A DNA stretch of 64,000 bases, from contig NC_045696.1 in NCBI RefSeq assembly GCF_009834535.1, forward strand, positions 109,184,001 to 109,248,000, given 5' to 3'. This document shows positions 50,501 through 63,699 of this stretch, piece by piece; within the stretch, counting starts at the first letter, position 1, and each line of letters opens with the position of its first letter. Origin of the DNA: Camelus ferus (lineage: Eukaryota). Both the position numbers and the translations under genes were made by a program. Below the pieces are notes generated by a model. It was not told the origin of the DNA and did no database searches. It saw only the letters and a list, made by a program, of their open reading frames with translations.

Positions 50501-52561
50501 GGCGTCTCTCCCTTTTATTCACCTCGCATGGTATCGTAAACATTTGTAATGTTGCTAAATAGACTTTACAATAATCGTTTTTACATGAGATTGCACCCCG
50601 TGGACATATCATGATTCACTAAGCCATCACTGAATGTCTAGGTGGTTTCAACATCTCAGGACTATGAAGCCTCCCCACTCCCACCCTCCCCAAGTCAGGC
50701 TCCCCTGGGATGAGTCCGGGCCCCCACCTGCTCTATGTCTGGAAGGTTTATGTAGGTCACAGGGGCCCGATTATGCAACAAGGCATTCTAGAGTCTCTCA
50801 GAAGGTGAGAGCAACTCAGAAAGTCTTGTCCTCTGCCTCCTCTCACACTCTGCGAAGCCTGGCATGATCTTGGCTTGACCACAAAATCGGATGGAGGCCA
50901 AAGCCTGGTTGAGGTGGATCCTTGCTGCTGGTGAAGCCAGCGCAGGAGTCTTAGAGGCCAAAAGGCACCCGAATGACTCCAGTACTGGGGTAGAAGCCAG
51001 CCCTCTGCAAAGGGCCTGGGTCATGACTTGGCCCTCATTCCCCTGAGAGGTCCATTCCAGAGAGTTCTCTGTTCTCTGCATCCGGGGGGAATGTGCCACA
51101 TCCCAGGCCGGCTCCCCAGCAACCCCAAGATGGACTCTAGAAGCAGAAACACTCCTGGCAGGCCAGCAGACATGCACACGGCCTAAGGTGAATGGGCTGA
51201 AGATCACATTTTCAGGATGTTTCTGTTGTATCTGTTTGCAAAGCAGATATCTGGGGAGGTTAGGCTCAACATTGCTCCACGCTTGCCAACCTCATGGGAA
51301 ATGGTTCGCATTCTTAGCATAGTTGGAGGGCTGTGAGGCAACGGAGATGACTGCGGATGACGGCCAGCCTGGGAGAACTCTCCGGGCCAGACCCGAGGAG
51401 GTGAGCCACCGCCTCGGCATCCGCTCTGTTCTAATGGGTTCCAGTGTGGGAGCGCTTGGATGTTCTTTCCAAGAAGGCAGAGTGATAGGCCATCTCCAGA
51501 GGGGCCTGCTTGGAGACAGAGTCATCACATTACTTCTGTAGGCCCAGGACCGAGAGAGCTTTCAGCGGTCAGGTTCTCCATGCCCCTGTCCGGTGCACAA
51601 GCCCAGTGCCCGCGGCGCTGACCTTTGGAGATGCTCGCAAAGTGCTAGAGAGACTGACTTTCTTGAGCCAATAGGACTTCAGTTTCCTCTGAGTATGTGG
51701 CTGTTTGCATTTTTTTCTTTTAATAAAACATGTGTACCATTTTCAAACAAAATCAATAAAGTTATTTTAAAATAAATAACCAAATAAGAGGGCCTCTGAG
51801 CCAGGGTACTTCATCTCTTGCCTGGATTGTAAACCCCAGGGTGTAGCAATCTTTCTTGTCGGAAAATCATAATGTCACCCCTATGTGCCCTTTCCTGTAG
51901 CTGCTTAGACACCTGGCTGAGCTGCTAAAAGGAGTTTGGGCGGTGGCCTTGGGTCAAACCTGTGACCAGTGCCCGGTCCTCACCGCGCACGCTGGCTGGT
52001 GGCCAACAGCCACACCTACGGAGTCCTCTGAAATGAGGAACAGCATTCCTGAGACCGCTCGGTGGAAACAGCCTCAAAAGGCAAGCTGGACTTTATTCAG
52101 GCCCCCCTCACCGCTCACGGTCAGGAAAGGCGGGGAGAGAAATCACCTTCCGGCACCACCTCTGCAGTCCATGTGAGGCCCCTGCCCAGCCCTGATGTGT
52201 AGATGTGTCCCCTGCGAGTGAAGGGTCCTGGGAGGTGGGTGGATGCCCACAGCTTCCACTGCCTCCTTCAGAGCTGCAGGAAAGTGCAGGGCAGAGACAC
52301 GGATGGCAGAGGGAAAGCCAAGCAGCTTGTGGCCAGCTGATGACCATGTGACTCTTAGTGTGAAACCGGCAGAGAAATCTTCCTGGGAACCTGATGCCAG
52401 GTGTGTGAGTGGGATGTAAGAGAGGCCGGGCCTCTCCCTGGGGTGGCCGCTGTCCAGGAGGACGGAATGAGAGGCATGCCTTAGAAGTGCCAGAGCCTAA
52501 CAGGTGTGTGTGCCCGAGGGCTGCCAGGCTGCCAGCCTCACGCTGCCTGAACTTCCTGTCA

Positions 52562-52748
52562 AGCAGAGGCTCTCAGCCCTGGCTGCACCCCACACATCAC
52601 CTGGAGAGCTTTTCAAATTCCCAGTGCCTGGGCTGTACCCTAGACCAATTCAATCAAGCTCTTTGGAGGTGAGACCCGGGTATCAGTCTTTTTTTTTTTT
52701 TTTTAAACTTCCAGGTAATTAAAATACTAGCCATGCTTGAGACCTTGC
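52562..52748. mobile_element. MER5-like hAT DNA transposon
   Basis: ctctcagccctggctgca...atcacctggagagctt...tgcctggg...ccctagaccaatt...ttccaggtaatt...ttgagacc. Confidence 0.7.
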
Positions 52749-53507
52749 TTTAAAGAGATATCTGATACATCCCAGGCTCATCAAACAAAATAAGTGGGGC
52801 TCTTCCTGAGTGATTCATGGCACCGCCTTCTCCCTAGAGGCCCTCCTCACGCTCCAGTCTCTTCAGTTCCTGCCGTTCTTTAAAACCCACCTCAATCCCC
52901 ACTGTCCGTGGGGAGCTCTCTCGCTGTCTTGGCTGCAGTGATCGCCTTCCTCTGAGGTACCCAGTCACCTTGGGCCTGTGTCATTGGCCACGCACGGCTA
53001 TTGGCTGGCTGGTGTTTGCCTTATCTACAGATGGGGTGATCTGAGCCCATGGGGGCAGGTACTATGTCACATTGTGCTTCCTCGTAGCCCCCTGACCTAT
53101 CATCACCCACCACCATTCATCACCCACATTATGTGCTCAACACGTGTTTTCGGGCTGACTTACATGCTATTGCATTTCGACATTTCAGGCAGTCCTGGTG
53201 AGAAAGTTGAAACAATGTCTGATAAACATTAGTGGTTTTGATGTAGATCACTGAGGGTGGTCACGGCAGTACGCATGCTGGGAACGGGGGCGGCCAGCAG
53301 GGGATGAAAATGGCTGTGGGAAGAATGGCCGAGAGCTGCCTGTTAGGCCGTCTTCCAGGAAAGTATGTGTAACCCGTATAACCCAGCTCTCACGTGGTCC
53401 AGGCTCCGCGCTGAGCCTCTTCAAAGACAGGGCAGTTCCACAGGGTAGTGGGTGGTGGAGGGGTGTTGCTAATTAAAAACACTGAATATTTACTGTCATC
53501 TCTCTTC

Positions 53508-53663
53508 TAAAAAATTTTTTCGTTGTATTTATTATATTTATTTTGGGGGGGCGTAGGTAATTAAGTTTATTTACTTATTGTTTTTAATGGAGGTCCTGGG
53601 GGTTGAACCCAGAACCTTGTGCATGCTAAGCACACACTCTACCACTGAGCTATACCCTCCCCC
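53508..53663 (-). mobile_element. tRNA-derived camelid-type SINE
   Basis: ggttgaacccagaaccttgtgcatgctaagcacacactctaccactgagctataccctcccc with a T-rich tail on its left. Confidence 0.9.
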
Positions 53664-55470
53664 TCTAGTGCCGTCTCTTAAGGAAACTTGAGAATGGCAA
53701 AGTGAACCTACACTTCTCTATCTCCTCTCTACCTCTCTCTCCTCATAAAGCACATCTGAGGAGCTGATATATCAGCTAAGCCTTAACAAGTGAAGAGAGA
53801 CAGAAAGGTGTTTTAGGCAGACAGACAAGCTGGGATGCAGTGCCCACTGGGCTCTCAGAATGGCCAGTGGTCCCGTGAGTGTGGAAAGAAGAGAATAAAA
53901 GGTGGGGTTGGTCAAAAAGAGACTGCAGAGGAGGACCAGGCCCAGTGTTTGAAGGGCCTTGAATTACAGGCGAGGGGGATAGACTCCAGGTTTTACCATC
54001 CAAAGCTTAAGACCGAGAAGTGGTGTGATGGGGTCACTCTGGCAATACTCAGTGGGTGGGGGACCAGCCCGGTCCACTGAAGGCTGCCAGCAAAGATGGT
54101 TCTGAGCCCCACGTCCTGCATGGTGTGGTCTCAGGCCTGGGGCCAGTTTTGGAGGTGCTCCCACAATCCTTACACAGGAGACCCATCCAGAGGTCACCCC
54201 CAGACCAGCCACTCCACACTGCTCCTCCAGCCTCTGAGCTGCGATCAGAATCCCCCTAGGTGTTGGCAGGGCCACCCTCCACTGTCTTCCCCGACAGGAC
54301 AACATTTTCACTTTATGTCCAAGTCAAAGGACATTTATAGTCACCATGAAATAGAAAACAAATAAGCAGATCTTTAGACTCAAATATGAAATATAGCTCA
54401 GTTAAACTGAGGCCTGGCTCTTTAATGCTAACATTTTTATGCAATTTTTACCAAAAGATTTTAAGAGTTTGGACTGCTTGGGTTTTCCAGGAAGCCAACA
54501 TGGAGGTGGCTTTAGGAATGCAAGATGACTTATGGGAGAGCTGGGCAGAGGAACTAACACCTGTGAAAGAAGAGGGAGAAAACACGATGGAGCCTCCAGA
54601 CTGCGATGCAGACCTGACAGTCTCCGCCAGCCTGCCAGGGACAGTTAGAGGAGCCTGTGTTGGGTGGAAGCGTGGAAATGCCCAGGCCCTTGGACCACCC
54701 CAGGAAGAGCTTAAACTTGGTCTGAAAGCTGGGTGGACCCAGCAGGAGCCAATAGCTATAGGCTGCCTGCTAACCACAGCCTTGTAGCCCGGCAGTCCTT
54801 TCTTAGAGAGAAACCTTTGTGTCTGCGGTGGAACCCCTCCCCATCAGCCTCCGGTCTGAGTGGGTCACATTTGGAGGGTTTGAGCCCTGTGCCCCTGTCT
54901 CTACAAGGGGTCCCTGCACTCTCACCATCCCCTTCCTTCCTTCCTGCCTCACTAGGCAGAGACCACCTCTCTCCAGGGATCTGTTCCGTCTTTCCCTTCC
55001 CTCCCCTTCTCAACAAGCCTTTGCCCTTCACTTATCCCTGCAGGATACTCTGCCCCAAACTCACCACAAGCAAAATCAAAAGAATGACTACCTGTGAAAC
55101 CATCTGTATAACTTGAATCACCAGGGATTCATCCTCCCAAGATATAAAAAGCTCATCAAAAGTCACAGATGTAAACAAGCAGAAAAATGAGCAAAAGATA
55201 TGAGTGGATGTTTCATGGAAAAGGAAGTACACAGGGCCCTTAGATGAAGAGATGCTCAACCTGACTCATGTAAAAGAAATTCAAGTTAGGATGACACAGA
55301 TAACCATTTTCACCTATCAGATTGGCACAGAGCAGAAGGTTTGATTCAGCACAGCGCTGGTGTGAAAACAAGTGTACCCACATGCTGCTGGTGGGAATGT
55401 GAATTGGTAAAACTGCAGGGGAGACAATTTGGCCACATTCCTCTAAGTGACAAATTCCCACGACCTTTGA

Positions 55471-55882
55471 AAGGCAGTAAAACGTAATGGTTAAGAGAAT
55501 GAACTAGAGTGGGGTGGGTATAGCTCAGTGATAGAGTGCGCGCCTCGTAAGCATGAGGTCCTGGGTTCCAGCTCCAGTACCTCCATTAAATAAATAGATG
55601 AATGAATCTAATTACCTGACCCCCCAAAATTAATTAAAAAATAAATAAAAATTTAAAAAGAGAAGAATGAACTGGAGCCCCAGCACCTTGGTGTGAATCC
55701 CAGCTGCCCAAGTCACCTACTTCTCTCTGCCTCAGTTTTTCTCATCTATAAAATGGGATGATAATAGTACCTACCTCTGAAGATGCTTGTGAGGATTAAA
55801 ATATATTAGTTCTTGTAAAGTACATACCACAGTGTCCAGCTCTTAGTAAATGCCATGCAAATGTTAACTATTATTATTATTC
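55471..55882 (+). mobile_element. Near full-length MIR interrupted by a SINE
   Basis: aggcagtaaaacgtaatggttaagag...gtgtgaatcccagct...tgcctcagtttttctcatctataaaatgggatgataatagtacctacct...ttattattatt. Confidence 0.85.
55510..55663 (+). mobile_element. tRNA-derived camelid-type SINE with TSD
   Basis: gggtatagctcagtgatagagtgc...gtcctgggttcc...agtacctccattaaataaa; TSD agaatgaact(a/g)gag at 55496-55509 and 55664-55677. Confidence 0.92.
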
Positions 55883-56151
55883 ATTGACCCAGCAAGTCCA
55901 CTGCTAGGAATTTATCCTACAGATATGCCTGTGCCTGTGCTGAATGAGTGTACGATGTTATTCACTGCAGCCCTGAAGCAGCTGGGGAGAAAACTACATC
56001 CAAAAGTCCAAAAAAGGCTAAATTAACTATGGTGTATGTGTGTAATAGAATACTATGCAGATACAAAACAAATTAATAACAGAGAAGCTCCTTAACACTG
56101 ATCCAGTGTGTATAGAGTGTTACCAGAAGTTTTTAAATAAGTAGTGTAAAC

Positions 56152-56466
56152 ACAAGTCCACATTCCCTTACCCACAATTATGAAATTCAAAACTCTCTTA
56201 AAAAAAAAAACAAAAAACAGAAGTTGGCTTTTTCTTTAAACAAATTTGGCACAAACATATTTGGTAGCAAAACCTGAACTGAGCTGAACTGACTTAAGGC
56301 TGATTACAGCTCGATGTATCCCATGTGGTGCAGAAATATTAACATGTTTCATCACAGACTCTCTGGGGCTGTGACACACATACACACACTATCTTTATAC
56401 ACCTGCTTGAATTCCGAATTCCCAAACTCACCTGCTCCGAGGTTCCAGATAAGGAAATGCGGGCCT
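56152..56466. mobile_element. TcMar-Tigger-type MITE remnant
   Basis: Imperfect TIRs aagtccacattcccttac and gataaggaaatgcgggcct. Confidence 0.5.
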
Positions 56467-56517
56467 TTTTTCACTTTTTTTTTTTCTGTTAAAATATCTC
56501 TTTAAGAATGCACAGGA

Positions 56518-56640
56518 GAGGGGAGGGTGTAGCTCAGTGGTAGAGTGCGTGCCTAGCATGCACAAAGTCCTGGGTTCAATCCCCAGTACCTCCATTAAAT
56601 AAATAAATAAACTTAGTTACCTCCCCCCCACCCCAAAAAA
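56518..56640 (+). mobile_element. tRNA-derived camelid-type SINE
   Basis: ggggagggtgtagctcagtggtagagtgcgtgcctagcatgcacaaagtcctgggttcaatccccagtacctcc with A and B boxes; degenerate TSD aagaatg(c/t)aca(g/a)ga. Confidence 0.92.
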
Positions 56641-57959
56641 AAGAATGTACAAGAAACTAGAGAACCAGTTGCCTCTAATGAAAGGCACGGCCTGGCTGTG
56701 TGACAGGAACATAAGGGACAATTACCCTGTGTTTGAATCCAAGAATGTAAAGAGTCCATGGCTGTCTTACTTATTCAAAAAATAAATAAATACCATTGAA
56801 GACCTCCTCAGCCCGGGCTGCCGGGTCATCTGAAAGCTGGAGCGCCCTCTTATTGGCATCTCTGTGGCAGCCTGCCTGGGAACTTGGACCTGGGAACTAG
56901 GGCTCAAGGGAGGGGGCAGGTGGGACGGGAGCCTCATCTCTGACTCACGGTGCTGCCCTGGGCAGGTGGCAAGGCCTCCTCCCTAGAAAAGTGGAGATAA
57001 TGGGAGTGACTCAGTGTCGGGCCCTCGGATGGGCCGACTGTCAGGGAAGTCAAGTCCCTTACCCGCACCCTCCTGCATGCCTATCCTCTCCCGGAAGGAG
57101 GAGAGCCACCCTCCGATCCTCCTGAGCACATCTCCCAGCAGGGACGTGGTGTGAGGGCGTCCGATCCAGCTGTGAGCAGCAGGGTCCCACACACAAAGGC
57201 TCAGGGTGGAGGGCCAGGTGCACCACTGAGGACATACGGGAAGCTCCCAGCAACCCTGTTTCCAAGGGTGAAAATCCAGAACAAGCCACATGTGGACATA
57301 ATAAGGGGATAGTTAAATACATCCAGGGGACTGGATAGATCTGAATGTGCAGGTATGGAATAATGCCCATGACCTGGTAATGTGTGAAAAAAGCAAATGG
57401 CAGAACTATATATATATGTATAAATGGGATGAGAAGATGGCAAGGGGTAGGAGGGAGAAACTAGTAAGTAAAAGATGTGAGTGCGTTTATAAAAGAGGAA
57501 GAGTAAGTGGCAGATGGACAAGCTGAAAGCCAAGTGCCAGACAGGAGGAGCCTGCTCTCGAGAAGCCCACACATTCGGGAATCAGGACCTGGGCACTGCA
57601 GGAGGGGCTAGAGCTGAAAGCAGGCCACAAGCTCACGGGCTGAAGACAGCAGTGAGACCCTGGCTCCCTCCCCACTGGGCAGCAGGCTAGCTTACCTCCC
57701 ACCTGGAGGAGACTGTAAAGTTAAACCCTGGGACTCCAGGTCCAGGGGAACCAGGCACGGCACAGGGCAAGGAGGGACTCAGCACTGAAAACAGGGGATT
57801 GGGTGAGAGTCTAATGTGAAGGATGTGCCCACCAGCCCCTTTCTCCTTATACCCCCAACCACTGCCAGCCAGCCACACCGTGACCCCGCCTGCCCCACCT
57901 GGAGCAGATTATACCATTCTCGGTAGAATGGCCTCCAAGAAAGGACCCAAAGAAGTTGA

Positions 57960-58610
57960 CATCTTGGTCCCCCTAATACCCTCCGGCGAAGCAAAGCTCT
58001 AGCTAAGCACACAGAATTTCCAGTTAGATTTTTTGAGCACCTCTCCTGAAATACAAAAGAACATGCAAGAATCACCAGTCACTTAAGAAAACCCCTGACA
58101 CAAAAGACAGAAATCACAACAAAGAAACAGAATAAAGCAGACAACAGATAACGCACCAAGCAGAAGAAAACATCAAGAAAAACAATAATATCTTCAGAGA
58201 GATGAGAAAACAACTTCAGTTAAATTAGATCAGCATTTTTTTAAAGACAGAGAGAAAAAAATAAACCTCTCAGAAATTAAAATGGTGATTCTAAAATAAA
58301 AATAGAAAGATTTGGCTATGAGAAAAATCATCCAGAGAGAAGAATACAAAGAGACAGGCCTGGAAAGAAAAGAGGAGAAATTTTGGAGGCTTAATCAGAG
58401 GCCCAGTGAGGAAAGGAGGTTCAGAGGAAGCAGAGAGAAGGAAAGGATATGTAAAAATACCACAAGAAAATTTCCCTGCACGGAAGGACATGAGTTAAGT
58501 GCCTGTCAAGTGCATAGTACAGTAAATGCGGAAAGACCCACAGCAAGACAAGTGGTGGGGAGATTTCAGAATACCTGCCACAAAGAAGGTTCTCAGAAAT
58601 CCATTTTTTA
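57960..58610 (+). mobile_element. Degraded L1 ORF1 / HAL1-like fragment
   Basis: A-rich; similar to 2330-3100 (caagaaaatttccc...gaaagaccca...atttcagaatac). Confidence 0.55.
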
Positions 58611-58899
58611 AAACGTGTCAAAATTGAGTTGTGTCTTCAGATACTGTATAAACAGTTGAATATACCAGTCTGGAATTCTATGGGTTTTAGTGCAATTTTT
58701 TTCTTTTTCTTTTTCTTTTTCTTTTTTTTTGCAGGACTCCTTCCTATAACCCATGAAACCACCTAGTGCCTACTGACCATACTTGTCTCTACGCCCAGAC
58801 ACACATGCATCTAAAAAATGTGCGCACAACTGCATACACACACCTATCCCTGTGCGTACATATGTACACATCTACCCGTAGGCAGACACACACACGTCC

Positions 58900-59190
58900 A
58901 CGTGGCAGCACCTCTCGGACCTCTGACTGTAGTGTTTCATGAGGCCAGGCTTCCCCTGTCATCGAGCCAGCAGGGCATGGACACTAAGTCAGGCCTGTTC
59001 CCGGACATAGGATTCCAGGAACCTGGGACTTTGATTCAAGGACACCCCATCGAGTTGCTGAAACTGTCTTAGGACTGCACTCTCCCAGTCCCCTCCAGCA
59101 AACTCTCTATTTTTCACTCACAGTTTTTCCCAATAAACTTGAAATCTAACCCCACTTTGGTGACTTATTCTTGGAGGACCCAAACTAACA
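58900..59190 (+). mobile_element. ERV LTR 3' remnant
   Basis: cccaataaacttg...cttggaggacccaaactaaca, a typical LTR terminus. Confidence 0.45.
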
Positions 59191-59234
59191 AAACACACAC
59201 GATACACACATGTGCGTGTGCGTACACACACACA

Positions 59235-60010
59235 CCCCTAGGTTTTTAAATCATTGTTTTCCCTAAATATTGTAAATACTTTTGTTCATCTTGCTTTTCT
59301 TATTCTTCAACGTCTAGTGGAAATTTCTCATGGTATATCTCTATTTCATTCTTTTAAATGGCTGCACAACATTCCTATTATGAACGCACCATAACTTATT
59401 TAAACTATAATCTTGGATTCCAATTTTTGGACACTATGATCGATGCTGTAATAATTATCCTTATCTTGTAAAGATATTTAAGAATAGATGATAAAGGATA
59501 GATTGGCAGTCAAAGTATATTTATATACATATATTTTATACAAATTACAATATATCAAGTTATTAATTTTATATAATAATTTTAATTGATGCTTCCAGAT
59601 TGACTTTTTAGAAAGGCTATAAAAATGAACATTTGCACTAACAACGTATGTGAATACCCCCTTTTCTGCAAGTTCGCTAGCAGTAAGGATTACCAATCCT
59701 TTTCGTTTTTTTTCAGGCTGATTTAACTACTTTGCTAACTACTAGTGATTTTTCATATTTTCTGATTCTTTAGAATTGCTCTTGAATAAATTGTCAATAT
59801 TTATCTTTTTCTCATCAGTTTGTAAAAGCTCTTTGCTCCCTTTGTCCTGGTTTATAAACACAGTCTTCAAATCTCTTCATCTGTTGTCTCTGTGTTATCT
59901 TTGCCACACAGAGTTTAAAATTGCAACCTAGTCAAAAATGTTCATCTTTTCTTTCATAGCTTCTGGGTTTCTCATATTTGTTAAAGCTTTCCCCCATCCC
60001 AAATCTTTAT
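59235..60010 (-). mobile_element. Old L1ME-like fragment
   Basis: ttcattcttttaaatggctgca...ataacttatttaaac...tttgtaaaagctcttt...ttttctttcatagcttctgggttt. Confidence 0.75.
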
Positions 60011-61850
60011 GGCCCAACAAGGCTACAAGAGCTCCAGCCATCCAATCTGTATTACAGGCAGCAGCATGGAGAAAGGGACAGGACAGGCACCCCACTTCTC
60101 TTTGAAAAAAACTTTCCAGAAACTTCTACACAATAATTCCACTTCCATGTCATTGCCACACTTAGTGACACAGGCATAGCTAGTTGCGAGGGGAATACTG
60201 TCGCAGCCGTCTTCGGGAAATGCAATCTACCACACCCTGAGAAGCAAGGGTGCCCTTGCCCTCGGCATTCAGTAGGCAAGCAGAGACCACACACTGCCAA
60301 GAGCAGGCTGGAGCCTGGAACCCACTCCTTGGCAGAGAAAGAGCCTCTATTCTGGCCCCACTGGCACCATGATTAAGACAGGCGGCCTGCTAACTCAGGA
60401 AGGTCTCCGCTTTGAGGCTTGTGTGAACATAATCCCAGAGTGGCCACAGGCCCCAGAAGTGCCTCAGACCCCTCTTCCCTCAGTGCCTCCCCCCCCCCCC
60501 CCCGGGGATGGGCCGCAGCTTTGTGGCTGGGTGGGGAGTAGTCAAGGCTGCCAGCACGGAGGGCTGGTGGCTTCTGGACTCTGGGAAATACCACTAGGCA
60601 TTTCCAGGCAGATGGGGCTTTAGAGAATTACTTATGATTCATGCCAATCTGCGGGGCGTGTCTGGGCCAGAGAGGAAAGCGTAACATTGGAAATACTTTC
60701 TCACTCCCTCACCCAGTCCCTCACAAGCCCAGAGAGGGGCCAGCCATGCTACCCAGGTATTTCTTGCAGGTTTTCTTCCTACATTTATGCTCTCAGTTGA
60801 AGAAGGAAGAGGAAGGTCGACGGGAAGCAACCGGCCAAGAAGCAAGGCTTAGAGGTTTTGTTTGGAAGAAGTTGGGAAGCAAGAGACCCAGCCTGCCAGG
60901 CCACGGTGGTGTGGATCCCAGTAGGGCAGAGCTGCCTGCAAAGGCCGGGCCCACCATGCCTCGATGGGTCTCTGAGTCCCTCGACCTCGCTGAGCCTCAG
61001 CTTCCCCATCTGTAAAGTGGGACTGGTAATCCTGGCCCTGACCCTCCTTGTCTGCACTGGGAAGGGGGTTGATCGGGGGAGTCCTTCTGTCTCTCCAAGG
61101 TCAGAAAGCCCACGATTAGCTACACCATACAGTCCAGCGTGCTCTACTACAATTCTCTTGTTTTTTTTTTGAAATACCTTTCAGAAAATTATACAAGTAT
61201 TGCATATTCACTGTTAAAGTAACCAAAAGACACAGACAAACAAAGAGAAAGCAATAAAAGAGAGACAATAAGAGGGAACGCTATTAACAGCTCGGCATAC
61301 GCTCTTACAGTTTCCAGGACCTAGATATATTTTTAATAGAACCATACTTTATATACAGTTCTGTAATCTATTTTTCACTTGACACCACACCATGAGTTTA
61401 TTTCTACGTCAATAAGCAAACTTTCATGACATACATTTATACTTATATGACATTCTGCCGATGCTGTATTTAATGCTGAACCCAGGATCAGTATCACTGA
61501 TTTTTCCTTTCCCTCAAATTCCCATGCACCCCAGCACAGAACTGTCCCTAAGTCTATCTTTATTTAAAATTCTACTATCTTGCTCACCATGGATTAATTT
61601 TTATTTTTTAAAATTTTTCATTAATATATTATTCATCTTGATTATGGCATTTTACCCTAAGACTATTTTCAATTTTTCTAGTTAATGTGTCTCTGTATTT
61701 CTGGTACCCAGCACTGTGCCAGATACCTGGTAGAGCTCAGTAAATAGTTCTTGAAAGAATGAATGAATGAGTGAATGAATGAATTAGTGATTAAAGGAAA
61801 TGCTACGATGATCGTTCGTGTGGGGCGGGTATCAAGAGACAAGGGCAAGA

Positions 61851-62063
61851 TATATAAAATAGATAAACAAGAAGTTTTTACTGTATAGCACAGGGAACCA
61901 TATTTAATATCTTGTAGTAACCTATGGTGAAGAATACGAGAATGAATATATGTATGTTCATGTATGACTGAAGTATTGTGCTGTGCACCAGAAACTGACA
62001 CAACGTTGTAAACTGACTATACTTCAATAAAAATATGTCTTAAAAAATAAAAATAAATTTAAA
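61851..62063 (+). mobile_element. Short young L1 3' tail with a 17-bp TSD
   Basis: tgtatagcacagggaac...gtatgactgaagtattgtgctgtgcaccagaaactgacaca, related to 38190-38340; TSD aagagacaag(g/a)gcaaga at 61834-61850 and 62064-62080. Confidence 0.93.
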
Positions 62064-63699
62064 AAGAGACAAGAGCAAGAGGCAGAAGTCACGCTGGACA
62101 GGGAAGCACACAGCCCATGTGTCCCCCACATAGAGCCCAGGAGAGAAGGCAGCCCAGGACATGTGGCATGGGACCACTCTCTGGTGGGCCAGGGGTGTCC
62201 TCTCAGTGTGTGTACCACCCAGGCCCACCTGGAGACCCCTTTGGAGGTCCCCACCATTTCCCAGCAGAGCCACCACCACTCTGGCCTGGCCCTGGCCCAG
62301 ACAGCTGGAACCCAAACACTGCCACGTCCCCGCTGCGGGACCAGCAAGCACAGGCTCACGCCCAGCCCCGAGAGCCTCCCTCACACAGGCTGACTCAGGC
62401 ACTCACTGCACTCACTCGGACATCGGCCCATAGGCCTGCTGGTGGGGCTTCTTCTTCGGGGCAGCAAGGGATTTTCCCAACCCTAATCAACCCATGGAGT
62501 TTTAAAATAACAAAGACAGAGTCCAAGAGAGGAAATTCTAAGAATATGAAATAAGTCAGAAGAGCAGAGGTGGGTGCTTATTTTCCATCAAATGCCTGCC
62601 TGATCCTTGGCCTCCAAAGGCTGGGGGAGGAGTCCGGATTCAGATGTCAGCACCGCAGAGCTAAAGGAAACCCATCTTCCTGTGTTTGCCAAGGAACAAT
62701 ACTGGAGAGGCCATTCCAAGGCTTGCACCTTTCCTCTGCACAGAAGAATTTAGGTCCTGGTGCATTCCTGGGAGGGAGGCTGGGCAAGGAATTTCTAGAT
62801 GTAAACATTCTTGTTTCATCACTCAGGGACATTCAGGATGCACTGGCTAGGATCCCAAGTGGTTTCCTGTCCTCAGATCCATACTGACCCATACCAGGTG
62901 AGATCTAATAGCAGATTGGGGGCCTTGGCCCCACCCTACCGCCAGTCAGCTGTAGAGTGTGGTCTCATCGACATCCTCAGTGTCTACCTCCCAGTCCTGA
63001 GTTAGGGTCTGATCACTCCCTTTCTGGACCATTGCCCAAGTCCGGCCTTCCTGGCCCTGACCTTCCTATCGTCACCCACAGGCCATCTTCCCACAGTGCA
63101 CCTCCAGGTAAGGCCCTTCTCTGCTCCCAGTCCTCTGCACCCGCAGCACCCAGTGCCCCAGATGTATTCCAGGACCGTTATGATGGCCAACCACACCAGT
63201 TTCATCTCCTGCCTGCTCCCCTCCTCAGCCAGGGAGGGACAACAAAACAGGAAGTTCCCCCATGACCAGTGTCCATCCTAAGCCAAGCACCTCCCTAGGG
63301 ATGCAGAGCTGGACAGCTGCCCTTCTCAGAAGCAGAAACAGCTACCCTGAAGGGAAAGAGGAGTCAGTGAATCAGGCAGAGCATTGAAGACAAGCTAGTA
63401 TCTACTGAGCACCAACTGGACGTTGGGCACCACCCCCAATGTTTTATGGGTTTTGTCTCTCAGTCTCCACAATATTCCAAAGCATTCTGTGAAGTCCTGC
63501 CCCTCTTTACACTCCTCACAGTCCCAGTGACTGTCCCCCTGCAGAAGGGGGCCTCCATAAACCAACTAATATCATGGGGTCAAGGGAGGTGGAACCCTGA
63601 TCCTTTCTGTGACCCAGCTGGCAGTCTGGCAGGCGCCTTCGGGGAGGACAGGCTGAGGGTGGCCACTTGGATCACATGCTCTTCCTTCAGTCTCTGAAC

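Larger units (their letters stand above)
55050..56150 (+). mobile_element. Old L1 (L1ME-like) 3' fragment interrupted by a MIR
   Basis: gaagagatgctcaacctgactcat...ttttcacctatcagattggca...gctggtgggaatgtgaattgg...gacccagcaagtccactgctaggaatttatcctacaga. Confidence 0.8.

Noticed and set aside
56520..56595. tRNA-like sequence with A and B boxes
   Set aside because: It has a SINE tail, a TSD and three related copies in the window, so it is a SINE rather than a tRNA gene.
56835..56860. Possible CTCF motif (also near 42940 and 48705)
   Set aside because: The matches to the core consensus are only partial and cannot be supported without a matrix scan or ChIP data.
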